A stretch of 64,000 bases of DNA from an uncultured Pseudomonadota bacterium. GTDB lineage: Bacteria > Myxococcota_A > Polyangia > Fen-1088. Under the pieces are notes generated by a model. The model did no database searches and was not told the origin of the DNA. It was given only the letters and a program-made list of their open reading frames with translations. Numbering within the stretch: the stretch's first letter is position 1; every line of letters starts with the position of its first letter. The translations under genes and the position numbers were made by a program. The stretch spans positions 160,001 to 224,000 of the forward strand of contig CAWKBC010000032.1 of assembly GCA_963847705.1 (NCBI GenBank). Reading direction: 5' to 3'. Shown in pieces: positions 27,630-36,051 of this stretch.

Positions 27630-28909
27630 ACCGGCCCGGTTGGCGGGCGCTCGGAGCCGCCCTGGCCGCGCGCCGCTGGCTGCTCCTCCTGCTGGCCGTG
27701 GCGGCGGCGCCGTTCCTGCCGGGCGCCCTGCAGTTTCTGCGACACGGCGTCCCCGACGTGATGTTCACCGGCGACGGCGCCGTCCTGGAGCTCCGGACCC
27801 TCTTCGCCGCGCAGGGCCGCGAGCTGCTCGGCCCCTACTCGCGCTTCCAGTGGAGCCATCCCGGCCCCGCCTTCTTCTATCTCGCCGTCCCGCTCTATCA
27901 GCTGTTTCATCAGCGGGGCCCCGCGCTGAGCCTGTTCGTGCTGATCGCCAACTTCGCGACGGCCACAGCCTTGGTGGTGACCGCCCGCCGGCTGCGCGGC
28001 GATCTCTTTGCGCTGGCCGTGGCGGTGCTGCTGGCGGTCTACGAGACAATTGCGGCGCCCTTCCCCCTTTCCTGGGAATGGAACCCGATGACGCCCATCT
28101 TGCCGCTGGCCCTGCTGGTGTTCCTCTGCGTCCGTCTCGGCACTGGCGCCCTCGGGGTGCTTCCAGCGGTGGCCTTCGTGGCCTCGGCGATCGTCCAGAC
28201 GCACCTCGGGTTCACGCCGGCGGCGCTCTACCTGGTGGCCACCGGTACGCTGTTCTGCTTCCGCGAGCTGTTCGTCGTCGGATCCCCAACGACGATCGAT
28301 AGACGTCGCTCGGCGCTGTCGCTCGGGGCCGCCATCCTCGTCGCGACCCTGCTCGTCGCCACCTGCGCGGTGCATGAGATCCGCGGCGAGATCTTCGCTC
28401 ACCTCACCGCCTGGATCTCGGTGCTGGGGTTCATCGCCTGGGCCGCCGTCGCCGCGGCGCTGCTCCCGGCGGCCGTCGGCGGTCGGCCCCTCAACCGGGT
28501 CGCGCTGGCGGTCGCCCTACCGGTGCTGGCGCTGGCGCTGGCCGCCGGAGGCGACAAACCGATGATCCGAGGTCGCGACGTTCCGACGGAGAAGCTGACC
28601 GCCGACGCGGAGACGTTCCTGCGCCGCGCCCGGATCGATCGCTTGCGGCTGGAGATCGCCGCGCACGACGAGTGGCCGCGCGCGGCCGCAATCATCGTGA
28701 CGCTCGTCAAACATGGTTTCGGCGTCACGGTCACCGACGACTGGCTGTTCATGTTCGGCACCCAGCTGGCGTCGGGAGCGGGAGAGCTGCCGGCACTGGT
28801 CATCGCCGACGCACCCGCCGCCTCGCGGCTGCGCCTCCAGGCGGGCTTTGAGCCGGTCGCCATCGCCGACGGGACCTCCCTCTTTCTTCGCGGTGGGACC
28901 AGGCCATGA
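27626..28909 (+). CDS. Polytopic membrane protein, possibly GT-C/ArnT-like
   Basis: GDGA…LLGPYSRFQWSHPGPAFFY first loop, WEWNP, many TM helices; TTG start overlaps the upstream stop. Confidence 0.55.
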   Translation: MNRPGWRALGAALAARRWLLLLLAVAAAPFLPGALQFLRHGVPDVMFTGDGAVLELRTLFAAQGRELLGPYSRFQWSHPGPAFFYLAVPLYQLFHQRGPALSLFVLIANFATATALVVTARRLRGDLFALAVAVLLAVYETIAAPFPLSWEWNPMTPILPLALLVFLCVRLGTGALGVLPAVAFVASAIVQTHLGFTPAALYLVATGTLFCFRELFVVGSPTTIDRRRSALSLGAAILVATLLVATCAVHEIRGEIFAHLTAWISVLGFIAWAAVAAALLPAAVGGRPLNRVALAVALPVLALALAAGGDKPMIRGRDVPTEKLTADAETFLRRARIDRLRLEIAAHDEWPRAAAIIVTLVKHGFGVTVTDDWLFMFGTQLASGAGELPALVIADAPAASRLRLQAGFEPVAIADGTSLFLRGGTRP

Positions 28910-29971
28910 CGCCGCGCGCGCAACGACTCCCAGGCCTGGGGCTGGTCAGGCTCGCCGCGGTCGGCAGCTTGCTGCTGAGCGGGGCACGCGCGCAGGCGCT
29001 GCCGCCACCGGAGGGGGCGCAGCCGGTGCCCTCGTCGCCGCCCGAGCGGACCGCGCCGGTCGAGCCGCCGGTGGCCATCACGGTCAGCGGGACCTGCCCC
29101 AACAGCGAGGCGATCTCGGCGGCGATCGCCTCCATCGTCGCGGCGAAGGATCTCGATCGGTTCGCCTCGTCGGCGAGGGCCGAGGTCTCCGATTTGGGCG
29201 ACACCTACCGGGTGTCGGTGAACGCCAAGGGCGACGGGCCCGGGATTCTCTCGGCTGCGGGTCTACCGCGACCTGGCCCACGACTGCGATCACCGCGCCC
29301 GCTTCGCTGCCGTCTTCATCGTGCTCACGCTGATGCCGCCCGACGTCCTTCTCGACGCCTTGCCGCCACCACCGCCGCCGCCGGCACCACCACCAGCGCC
29401 GCCGCCCGCGCCGCACCCGACCGTCGTCGTGATTCCACCGCCGCCGCCCCCGCTGCCCCCGCGGCGGGTCAGGCTGGAGCTCTCCGCCCTGGCCGATTTC
29501 GCGCCGCGCTCCGGCTCGCCGCTGGCGGTCGCACTGGGCGGCGAGCTGCGCGTCGCGCCTGGCCCGAAGCGGCTGGGGCCGGTCGGCGCGGTCGGGATCG
29601 CCGCCGGCTCGATCGACTTCGGCGTGAGCGCGACGGAGCTTCGTCTCCCGTTCGACCTCGGTCTGCGGCTTCCGCTGGTGACCCGCGCCGCGCTCGATCT
29701 GGTCGCCGACCTCGGCGTGGCGGGCGCGATCTTTCGCGACATGGGCAAGAACACACCCGAGCCGCAAGCGGGAACGCGGCTCGATCTCGGGGCGCGCGCC
29801 GGCCTGGTGATGCACGCGGGACGGGTGAGCGATCGGCTGCTCGGGATCGCCGGCATTCACGTGGAGGCCTTCCCGCGGCCCTACGACCTGACGCTCCTGC
29901 CGCAGGGGACGGTGGGACACACGCCCGCGTTCTGGATCGGCGCCACGCTCGGGCTGGCGGTGCAGCCATGA
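28906..29971 (+). pseudogene. Outer-membrane-protein-like gene interrupted by a +1 frameshift near 29240-29255 (pseudogene or sequencing error)
   Basis: Frame 1 gives signal peptide…TCP…VSDLGDTYRVSV; the next frame continues LRVYRDLAHDCDHRARFAAVFIVLTL, poly-Pro and beta-strands to TGA 29971. Confidence 0.7.
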
Positions 29972-30801
29972 TGGCGGCGCGACCAATGGCCGCGCGACCG
30001 ATGGCCGCGCGAGGAACGATCGGCCAGACTGGCCGCGTGCTGCGCGGGCCACTCAGCTTGCTGGTCCTGGCCCTGATGCCGCTGGCGTTGCCGGCCTGCA
30101 ACCCGCACCTCACCCTGGGGAGCAGCATCCTCTGGTCGGCGCGCCACGAGACCGGCGATCTCAGCGAATGGACGGATGGGGGCAAAGGGGGCGCGGCGGC
30201 GGACATGCCCGACACCTCGGTGGCGGTCTCGACCGACTTCGCGCACAGCGGCCGGTATTCGGTGAAGCTGACCAACGGCGCCCTGTCGATGCCCGAGGAC
30301 GCGCACCTCTGGCGCGAGGACGACTATCCCGCCGAGGCGTACTACAGCGCCTGGCTCTATCTGCCCCGCGCCTATCAAACGACCGCCGACTGGTCGATCG
30401 TCGAGTTCCAGGTCCCGACCAGCGGCGACTCCGGGGTCATTGGCCAGCTGATCGACATCGACCTGCGCAGCCTCCCCAACGGCGACCTGATCCTGAGCGT
30501 CTACGACCACCGCTCCGCCTACCTGCGCTCGCCCACGCCCGATCCGGCGATCCTGGTCCCGGTCGGTCAGTGGTTCCAGATCGAGGCCTTCTATCGCAAC
30601 GTGAACGACGACAGCGGCCGGCTCACCGTGTGGCTCGACGGGCAGCTCAACTACGACATCCAACGTCCATTCGGCTCGAACGGCACGGTCTACTGGACGG
30701 TCTCCAGCAAGACCTTCGGGCTCTCGCCGGCCGAGTCGGCCATCTACGTCGACGATGCCGCGGTGAGCCTGACCCGCGTGACACCGACCGGGGACCTTTG
30801 A
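29968..30801 (+). CDS. Polysaccharide-lyase-like (beta-jelly-roll) lipoprotein
   Basis: Lipobox LPAC; HETGDLSEW, AHSGRYS, YYSAWLYLP, GQWFQIE, GRLTVWLDG and IYVDD motifs; ATGA overlap. Confidence 0.65.
   Translation: MMAARPMAARPMAARGTIGQTGRVLRGPLSLLVLALMPLALPACNPHLTLGSSILWSARHETGDLSEWTDGGKGGAAADMPDTSVAVSTDFAHSGRYSVKLTNGALSMPEDAHLWREDDYPAEAYYSAWLYLPRAYQTTADWSIVEFQVPTSGDSGVIGQLIDIDLRSLPNGDLILSVYDHRSAYLRSPTPDPAILVPVGQWFQIEAFYRNVNDDSGRLTVWLDGQLNYDIQRPFGSNGTVYWTVSSKTFGLSPAESAIYVDDAAVSLTRVTPTGDL
29971..30015 (+). repeat. 15-bp tandem repeat x3 encoding MAARP
   Basis: atggcggcgcgacca/atggccgcgcgaccg/atggccgcgcgagga. Confidence 0.8.
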
Positions 30802-30841
30802 CCCCGAGGAGAGCCCCGAGGAGAACCCCGAGGAGAGCCCC
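30802..30841. repeat. 12-bp intergenic tandem repeat x3
   Basis: ccccgaggagag/ccccgaggagaa/ccccgaggagag/cccc immediately after the stop codon. Confidence 0.85.
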
Positions 30842-31005
30842 CGGGACAGGCAAAGGGGAACCGCTCCGCAAATTGGCACACGCCGGCACGCTCTTTCGAC
30901 ACCTCACGGCGCAAAAGCGTGGCGCGGCGCGCGCGACGTTTGACCAGAGGTGACTCGGCCGATCCGCTCGGTTAAGCTCATGGTCTCTTTCCGTCGCCTC
31001 TGGCC

Positions 31006-31665
31006 ATGACGTTCAAGCTGACCCAGACACGGACCACCGCGGGACAGCCAGCTGCCTGGCGCGGCCCGGGGATCCCGCACGTTCCTGCGGAACCGGCCGG
31101 CATCGACGTCCACAGCTTCCAGGCGATCTACGACGCCTACTACGCCGAGGTGGCGCGCTGGATTCGCGCGCTGGGCGGGCCGGCCGCCGACCAGGACGAT
31201 CTCATTCAAGAGGTGTTCGTGGTCGTCTACCGGCGGCTGCACGACTTCGACGGCCGAAACCTGGCCGGCTGGCTCTATCGCATCACCGCGCATCAGGTGC
31301 GGGATTACCGGCGCCTGGTCTGGATCAAGTACATCTTCCGGCGAAGCATCGCGCTTTCGTCCGAGGTTCCTTCGGGCAAGCCAACACCGGTCATGATGTT
31401 GGAGACGCGCGAGCGGCAACGAAACCTGGAACGCCTGTTGTCGAAGTTGAGCGATCCGTTGCGCGCCGCCTTCGTGCTGTTCGAGATCGAGGGCTACACC
31501 GCCGAAGAGATCAGCGAGATGCAGTCGGTCCCCACCAACACGGTGCGCGCGCGCATCCATCGCGCGCGCAAGAAGATGACGACCTTGCTCGAGTCGGCGG
31601 CCAAGGCCGACGGCCCACAGAACGAGGGCGACCAGGCGGGTCACAAGCTCGGTGGAGGACGGTGA
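31006..31665 (+). CDS. ECF-type RNA polymerase sigma factor
   Basis: DDLIQEVF, WLYRI and FVLFEIEGYTAEEISEM…TVRARIHRAR motifs. Confidence 0.92.
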   Translation: MTFKLTQTRTTAGQPAAWRGPGIPHVPAEPAGIDVHSFQAIYDAYYAEVARWIRALGGPAADQDDLIQEVFVVVYRRLHDFDGRNLAGWLYRITAHQVRDYRRLVWIKYIFRRSIALSSEVPSGKPTPVMMLETRERQRNLERLLSKLSDPLRAAFVLFEIEGYTAEEISEMQSVPTNTVRARIHRARKKMTTLLESAAKADGPQNEGDQAGHKLGGGR

Positions 31666-32354
31666 AGGTGGAGCGTTTGATTCAAAAGAAGGGGTCGTCC
31701 ACGCGAGCCGAGGCGGAGCTGGCCCAGCTCGTCGAGGCGTGCGAGCCCCTGGTGATCTCCGAGGTGCAGAAGCGGCGCTCGCTCAGCGCCGTCTACAGCC
31801 GCAACCACGAGCGGCGGCGAACCGTCCGGTTCGGCGTCCGTGCCGCGATGGCCGCGGGCGTTCTGCTCATGGCCGGCGCGGCGACGGCGGCCGTGTTCGG
31901 CCTCCACTTCAAGATGTCGGCCACGAACCCGGCGGCGATCGCTCCCACGCCCGCGCCGGCCGTCCGCCATGTCGCGCGACGCGCCGAGCTGGCGCCGCTC
32001 GCCGAGCTCGAGGCGCCCGCCGAGCCCGAGGCGCCGCTCGAGAGCCCGCCCCCCGCTCCCCCCGTTCATCGCGCCCGCACCCTGAAGTCCGAGGATCCGT
32101 CGCTGGTCGTCTCGGCCATCCAGGCGCTGCGCCAGGATCGCGATCCGGAGCGCGCCGGCCGGTTGTTGGCCGTCTACTTGCGGACCCATCCCCGCGGCGC
32201 GCTGGCCGAGGAAGCGGTCGCGCTCTCGATCGAGGCGGCCGACGCGCGCCACAGCCCGGCGGCCGCCACCTTCGCCGACCGCTACCTGAGAGAGTACCCG
32301 GGCGGTCGCTTTCGCTCGACCGCTGAGCGGGTTCTGGCCCGGCCCGCACGCTAG
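31662..32354 (+). CDS. Anti-sigma-like membrane protein with C-terminal TPR-like domain
   Basis: TM helix (AAMAAGVLLMAGAATAA), Pro linker, YLRTHPRGALAEEA…YLREYPGGRF; GTGA overlap with the sigma gene. Confidence 0.75.
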   Translation: MKVERLIQKKGSSTRAEAELAQLVEACEPLVISEVQKRRSLSAVYSRNHERRRTVRFGVRAAMAAGVLLMAGAATAAVFGLHFKMSATNPAAIAPTPAPAVRHVARRAELAPLAELEAPAEPEAPLESPPPAPPVHRARTLKSEDPSLVVSAIQALRQDRDPERAGRLLAVYLRTHPRGALAEEAVALSIEAADARHSPAAATFADRYLREYPGGRFRSTAERVLARPAR

Positions 32355-32407
32355 GACGCCGCCGCGGCGTCTTGTTCGCGCGGGGCCGCTCTCGTACGAT
32401 CGTGCCC

Positions 32408-33223
32408 GTGTCCCTGGGACGCGCGCTGTCGATCGTCTTGATGCTGGGGGCCGCCGGCGCCCTGCTGGCCGCCTGCGGCGGCGGGTCAGAGAAGTCGCCG
32501 GGCGCTGATGGAAGCGCGCCGACGCGCGACGGCCTCACCTTCGACATCCCGCCGATCGTCGACGGCAGCGCCGCCGGATACGCGCTGAGCTTCGACGGCG
32601 ACAACGAGTACGCGACCGCGGGCGACGCCGGGTTCGGCTTCGTCGGCGGGCCGCAGACGCTGGAGATGTGGATCAACTACGCGGCGCCCAGCGGCACCCA
32701 GGACTTTCTGGTCTTGCGCACCGACTTCGAGAGCGGCGTGCAGGTCGGGATTCACGACGGCGCGCTGGCCGCCTGGCGGGTCTACACGGATCGCGTGCTG
32801 GTGCAGGCGCCGACCATGCCGGCCGCCGGCACCTGGCACCACGTCGCCTACAGCTATGACGGCACCACGCACCTGCTGTACGTCGACGGCGCCCAGGTCG
32901 ACTCCGAAACGGTCCCCGCCGACGATCGCACGCCGACCTCCGCCTGGCTGGGGACCGACGGCTCCGGCAACCTCTTCCAGGGTCTGATGGACGAGGTGCG
33001 GGTCTGGTCGCTGACCCGCACCCCGGCGCAGGTCGCCGCCGACATGGCGCACACACCGGCGGGCGCGCAGACCGGCCTGGTCGCCTACTGGACCTTCGAC
33101 GACGCCATCAACGGCGGCAGCTCGATCGATCTCTCGGGGTCGGGCAACAGCGTCACGCTCGGTGACGGCGTCGCCTCGTTGATGCCGACCCGGGTCCCCT
33201 CGACCGCCCCGGTCGGAAACTAA
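32408..33223 (+). CDS. LamG/concanavalin-like domain lipoprotein
   Basis: Lipobox LAAC; ALSFDG, TLEMW, WHHVAYSYDG, LYVDG, MDEVRVW and LVAYWTFD motifs. Confidence 0.88.
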   Translation: MSLGRALSIVLMLGAAGALLAACGGGSEKSPGADGSAPTRDGLTFDIPPIVDGSAAGYALSFDGDNEYATAGDAGFGFVGGPQTLEMWINYAAPSGTQDFLVLRTDFESGVQVGIHDGALAAWRVYTDRVLVQAPTMPAAGTWHHVAYSYDGTTHLLYVDGAQVDSETVPADDRTPTSAWLGTDGSGNLFQGLMDEVRVWSLTRTPAQVAADMAHTPAGAQTGLVAYWTFDDAINGGSSIDLSGSGNSVTLGDGVASLMPTRVPSTAPVGN

Positions 33224-33597
33224 CGCAGGGCTGGGCTGGAGGCCCCGGCGTCCGGCTGCGGCGGCCGCGCGTGGCGCGGCTGATAGACGCCCAGCTTACC
33301 GCCGCCCGGCAAGACCAGCTCCGTCAGCAGGCCCCAACGCAGATCGGTCAGCGGCCCGCAGGCGACGTTTCGCGCCGCCATCTCGCGTACGAACGCCTCG
33401 ACGTCGTCGCACATGAGATAGAGCTCGTGCCGCCCGCCGGCGTCGCCCGGGTGAACCGCCACCTCGGACGGGGGCAGCGCGAAGATCAGCCAGCCACCGC
33501 CCACGTCGACGTGCGGGAAGCCGAGCACGTCGCGCAAGAAGGCGCGATCCGCGTCCGGGTCCTTGCTGTAGAGAATCGTATGCGCCCCGATGATCAT
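33220..33597 (-). CDS. VOC/glyoxalase family protein
   Basis: GAHTILYS.D..ADRAF.RDVLG, GGGWLIF, ELYLMCDD and YQPRH motifs; AGGAG RBS. Confidence 0.88.
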   Translation of the reverse strand: MIIGAHTILYSKDPDADRAFLRDVLGFPHVDVGGGWLIFALPPSEVAVHPGDAGGRHELYLMCDDVEAFVREMAARNVACGPLTDLRWGLLTELVLPGGGKLGVYQPRHARPPQPDAGASSPALR

Positions 33598-33637
33598 GGC
33601 CGTCTCTCCTTGGTGAATTCCAACGCCGCCTGCCCCT

Positions 33638-34528
33638 TCATTCGTCGGCCCAGCGCCGCGGCGCCGTCCGGAGCGTGTTCGCGCCAACGGCGTCGCACCA
33701 GGCCTCGAAGCGCGCGCGCGGGACGCCGCGGAAGCGGAGATCGTCGAGCGACTGGGCGAGCGGTACGGTGTCGACCAGCGTCGCCAGCTTCCGATAGAAG
33801 AGCGCCTCTTCGCGCTGGGCGGCCAGCGTCGCCGCCAGCTGCAGCGCGCCGCGCGGCTTGACCGTCCAGCGCGAGGGATCGTCGGGGATCGCCTCGATGT
33901 GCGCGTAGGCGCCGATCAGCAGCGAGGTCCCCTTCTCGCCAAACCCGGGCAGCCCCGGGATCCCGTCGGCGGTGTCGCCCGTCAGCCCCAGGAAGTCGGG
34001 CACGCTGGCGGGTCCGTAACCGCGGGCCGTCCGGAAGGCCACCTCGTCGGTGACCTTGCGCTGCCGGCGATCGACCTGCACCACCCGCTCGCCGCGCAGG
34101 CACTGCGCGAGATCCTTGTCGGGCGTCATGATCCGCACCTGGCCAACCTCGTCGGTGAAGCGCCGCGCGCCGGTGGCCAGCGCATCGTCGGCCTCGTGCT
34201 CGTTCATCGACCAGACCGTCACCCCGAGCGCGCGGACCGCCTCCTCGACGGGATCGAACTGCGCGCGCAGCTCCGGGGGAACCCCCTCGTCGCTCTTGTA
34301 GTCGGGGAAGAGCTCGTTGCGGAACGAACGGATCGGGTTGTCGAACGCCACCGCCAGGTGCGTGACCGCCTCGTCCGCCTCGGAGAGGAGCGCGAGCATC
34401 GAGGCGACGAGCCCCACGGTGGCCTTGCGATCGGCACCGCTCGGATCCAGATGCTCGGGGCGTGGCGCGAAGTGCGCGCGATAGAGCTCGTACGTCCCAT
34501 CGACGAGGTGAAGGCGCGCCACGCTCAT
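33638..34528 (-). CDS. Stand-alone 5'-3' exonuclease / flap endonuclease
   Basis: LVDGT, FRNELF..YK, EADD, DKDL, LTGDTADGIPGLPGFGEK (H3TH) motifs. Confidence 0.92.
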   Translation of the reverse strand: MSVARLHLVDGTYELYRAHFAPRPEHLDPSGADRKATVGLVASMLALLSEADEAVTHLAVAFDNPIRSFRNELFPDYKSDEGVPPELRAQFDPVEEAVRALGVTVWSMNEHEADDALATGARRFTDEVGQVRIMTPDKDLAQCLRGERVVQVDRRQRKVTDEVAFRTARGYGPASVPDFLGLTGDTADGIPGLPGFGEKGTSLLIGAYAHIEAIPDDPSRWTVKPRGALQLAATLAAQREEALFYRKLATLVDTVPLAQSLDDLRFRGVPRARFEAWCDAVGANTLRTAPRRWADE

Positions 34529-34574
34529 TTCGGGGAGGCTATCGCGAAAACGGTGCGATGCTCCAGCGACCACG

Positions 34575-35480
34575 ATGACGCGCACGATGACCCGGGGGCT
34601 CATCATCCTGTCGTCGCTGGCCGTCTGCGCGCGGGCGGCCGCCGCCGATCCCGAGGTCCACGTGCTGCCGGTGGCCGACCGCGCCCCGGGCGAGCGGCTG
34701 CCGCTGCTGCTCTACCTGCACGGTCTGGGCGGCTCTGGCGCCGAGGCGCTGGCCAGCCCTGACATCCGCGCGCTGGCCCAGCGCCACCGGATGGTGCTGG
34801 TCGCCCCGGACGGCAACCTCGACCGCGAGGGGCGGCGGTTCTGGAACGCCGGCGGCGCCTGCTGCAACTTCGACGGCAAGGCGGTCAACGACGTCGCCCG
34901 GCTGGAGGCGCTGATCTACCACTGGACGCAGCGCCCGGAGATCGATCCGGCGCGCGTCTACATCGTGGGATTCTCGAACGGCGGGTTCATGGCCCACCGG
35001 CTGGCCTGCTACATGGACGATCGGCTGGCGGCGATCGTCAGCATCGGGGGCGCCGGGCGGGCGCCCGAGGAGGCCTGCGCGCCGGTCTCCACGATCGCCG
35101 TGCTGGAGATCCACGGCGACGCCGATCCGATCGTCCGCTACGCCGGCGGGCACGTGCTCGACAACCGCGCCGCCGACCCGCACCCCTCGGCGCCGGAGAC
35201 CTTCCGCGGGTGGGCCGAGCGGCTCGGCTGTCCGACCGAGGCCAAACCAAAGACGAAGGCGGTCGATCTCGATCCACGGCTCCCCGGCGCCGAGACGACG
35301 ATCGAGAGCTACGCCGACTGTCCGCACGGCAGCGTCGAGCTCTGGACCGTTCATGGCGGTGGGCACCAGGTGGCGACCCCCGCGATGATGGCGCGGGCCG
35401 GAGACTTCCTGGCCGGCCACTCGAAGACGCCACCCCAACAAAAGCCGAAAAGAAAGAAGCAGCAGAAACAGAATCAGTAA
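34575..35480 (+). CDS. Secreted alpha/beta-hydrolase esterase (PHB depolymerase/LpqC-like)
   Basis: LHGLGG, WNAGGACC, GFSNGG, HGDAD and GGGH motifs. Confidence 0.88.
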   Translation: MTRTMTRGLIILSSLAVCARAAAADPEVHVLPVADRAPGERLPLLLYLHGLGGSGAEALASPDIRALAQRHRMVLVAPDGNLDREGRRFWNAGGACCNFDGKAVNDVARLEALIYHWTQRPEIDPARVYIVGFSNGGFMAHRLACYMDDRLAAIVSIGGAGRAPEEACAPVSTIAVLEIHGDADPIVRYAGGHVLDNRAADPHPSAPETFRGWAERLGCPTEAKPKTKAVDLDPRLPGAETTIESYADCPHGSVELWTVHGGGHQVATPAMMARAGDFLAGHSKTPPQQKPKRKKQQKQNQ

Positions 35481-35482
35481 AG

Positions 35483-35938
35483 CTACGCCGCAGGGCCGCT
35501 CAGAATGTCCCAGGGTCTGTCGCGCGGGCCGGCCTGCCAGTTGTTGTGGCGACCGTCCCAGTAGATGACTTTGAGCTCGCCGAGCTCGACCCCGTCGAGG
35601 CAGTTGTAGTTGACCGAGACGTAGGCGCCGCCGAGCTCGGGCAGGCTGCCCCGACCGAAGCAGTGGATGCCGCAGGTCTTGCAGAAGAACCGCTTCGAGG
35701 TCCGGCCGCCCCACTCGTAAGACGACAGACTCTCCTCGCTGGAGACGAGCTGAAAGGCCTCCGGCTTCACGATCCCGCCCGTCTGCGCGACCTTCGTGCA
35801 GATCGAGCAGTTGCAGCGCCCCGCCCCGGCGGCGAGATCGGCGGTGACCCGAAACTGCACCGCGCCGCAGTGGCAGCTCCCGGCGTAGCTCTTCTCGGTC
35901 TTGCTCTTGGTGGTTTCGTTGCTCGCGTGGATGTCCAT
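35483..35938 (-). CDS. GFA (glutathione-dependent formaldehyde-activating)/CENP-V family protein
   Basis: GSCHCGAV, CNCSIC and FCKTCGI zinc motifs; YWDGR. Confidence 0.92.
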   Translation of the reverse strand: MDIHASNETTKSKTEKSYAGSCHCGAVQFRVTADLAAGAGRCNCSICTKVAQTGGIVKPEAFQLVSSEESLSSYEWGGRTSKRFFCKTCGIHCFGRGSLPELGGAYVSVNYNCLDGVELGELKVIYWDGRHNNWQAGPRDRPWDILSGPAA

Positions 35939-36009
35939 GGTTCGCTCCTGCTGGTGGGCTGTTGCGCTGACTTCGCGCCGATCCGACGGAAAGCACCCTA
36001 CGCTCCATT

Positions 36010-36028
36010 GAGGACAGATTCGGTCCTC
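36010..36028. promoter_or_regulatory. Palindromic operator for the WYL regulator
   Basis: GAGGAC-agattcg-GTCCTC between the divergent GFA and WYL genes. Confidence 0.65.
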
Positions 36029-36051
36029 GATAGGATGCGATCCTCCTCCTC

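Noticed and set aside
28906-30801. 631-aa ORF as one protein
   Set aside because: The middle is off-frame nonsense; better explained by a frameshifted OMP plus a separate lipoprotein starting at 29968.
30873-30900. Sigma54 promoter (TGGCAC/CGGCACG) upstream of ECF 2
   Set aside because: The -12 element reads GGCA or TTCG rather than TTGC at the required spacing.
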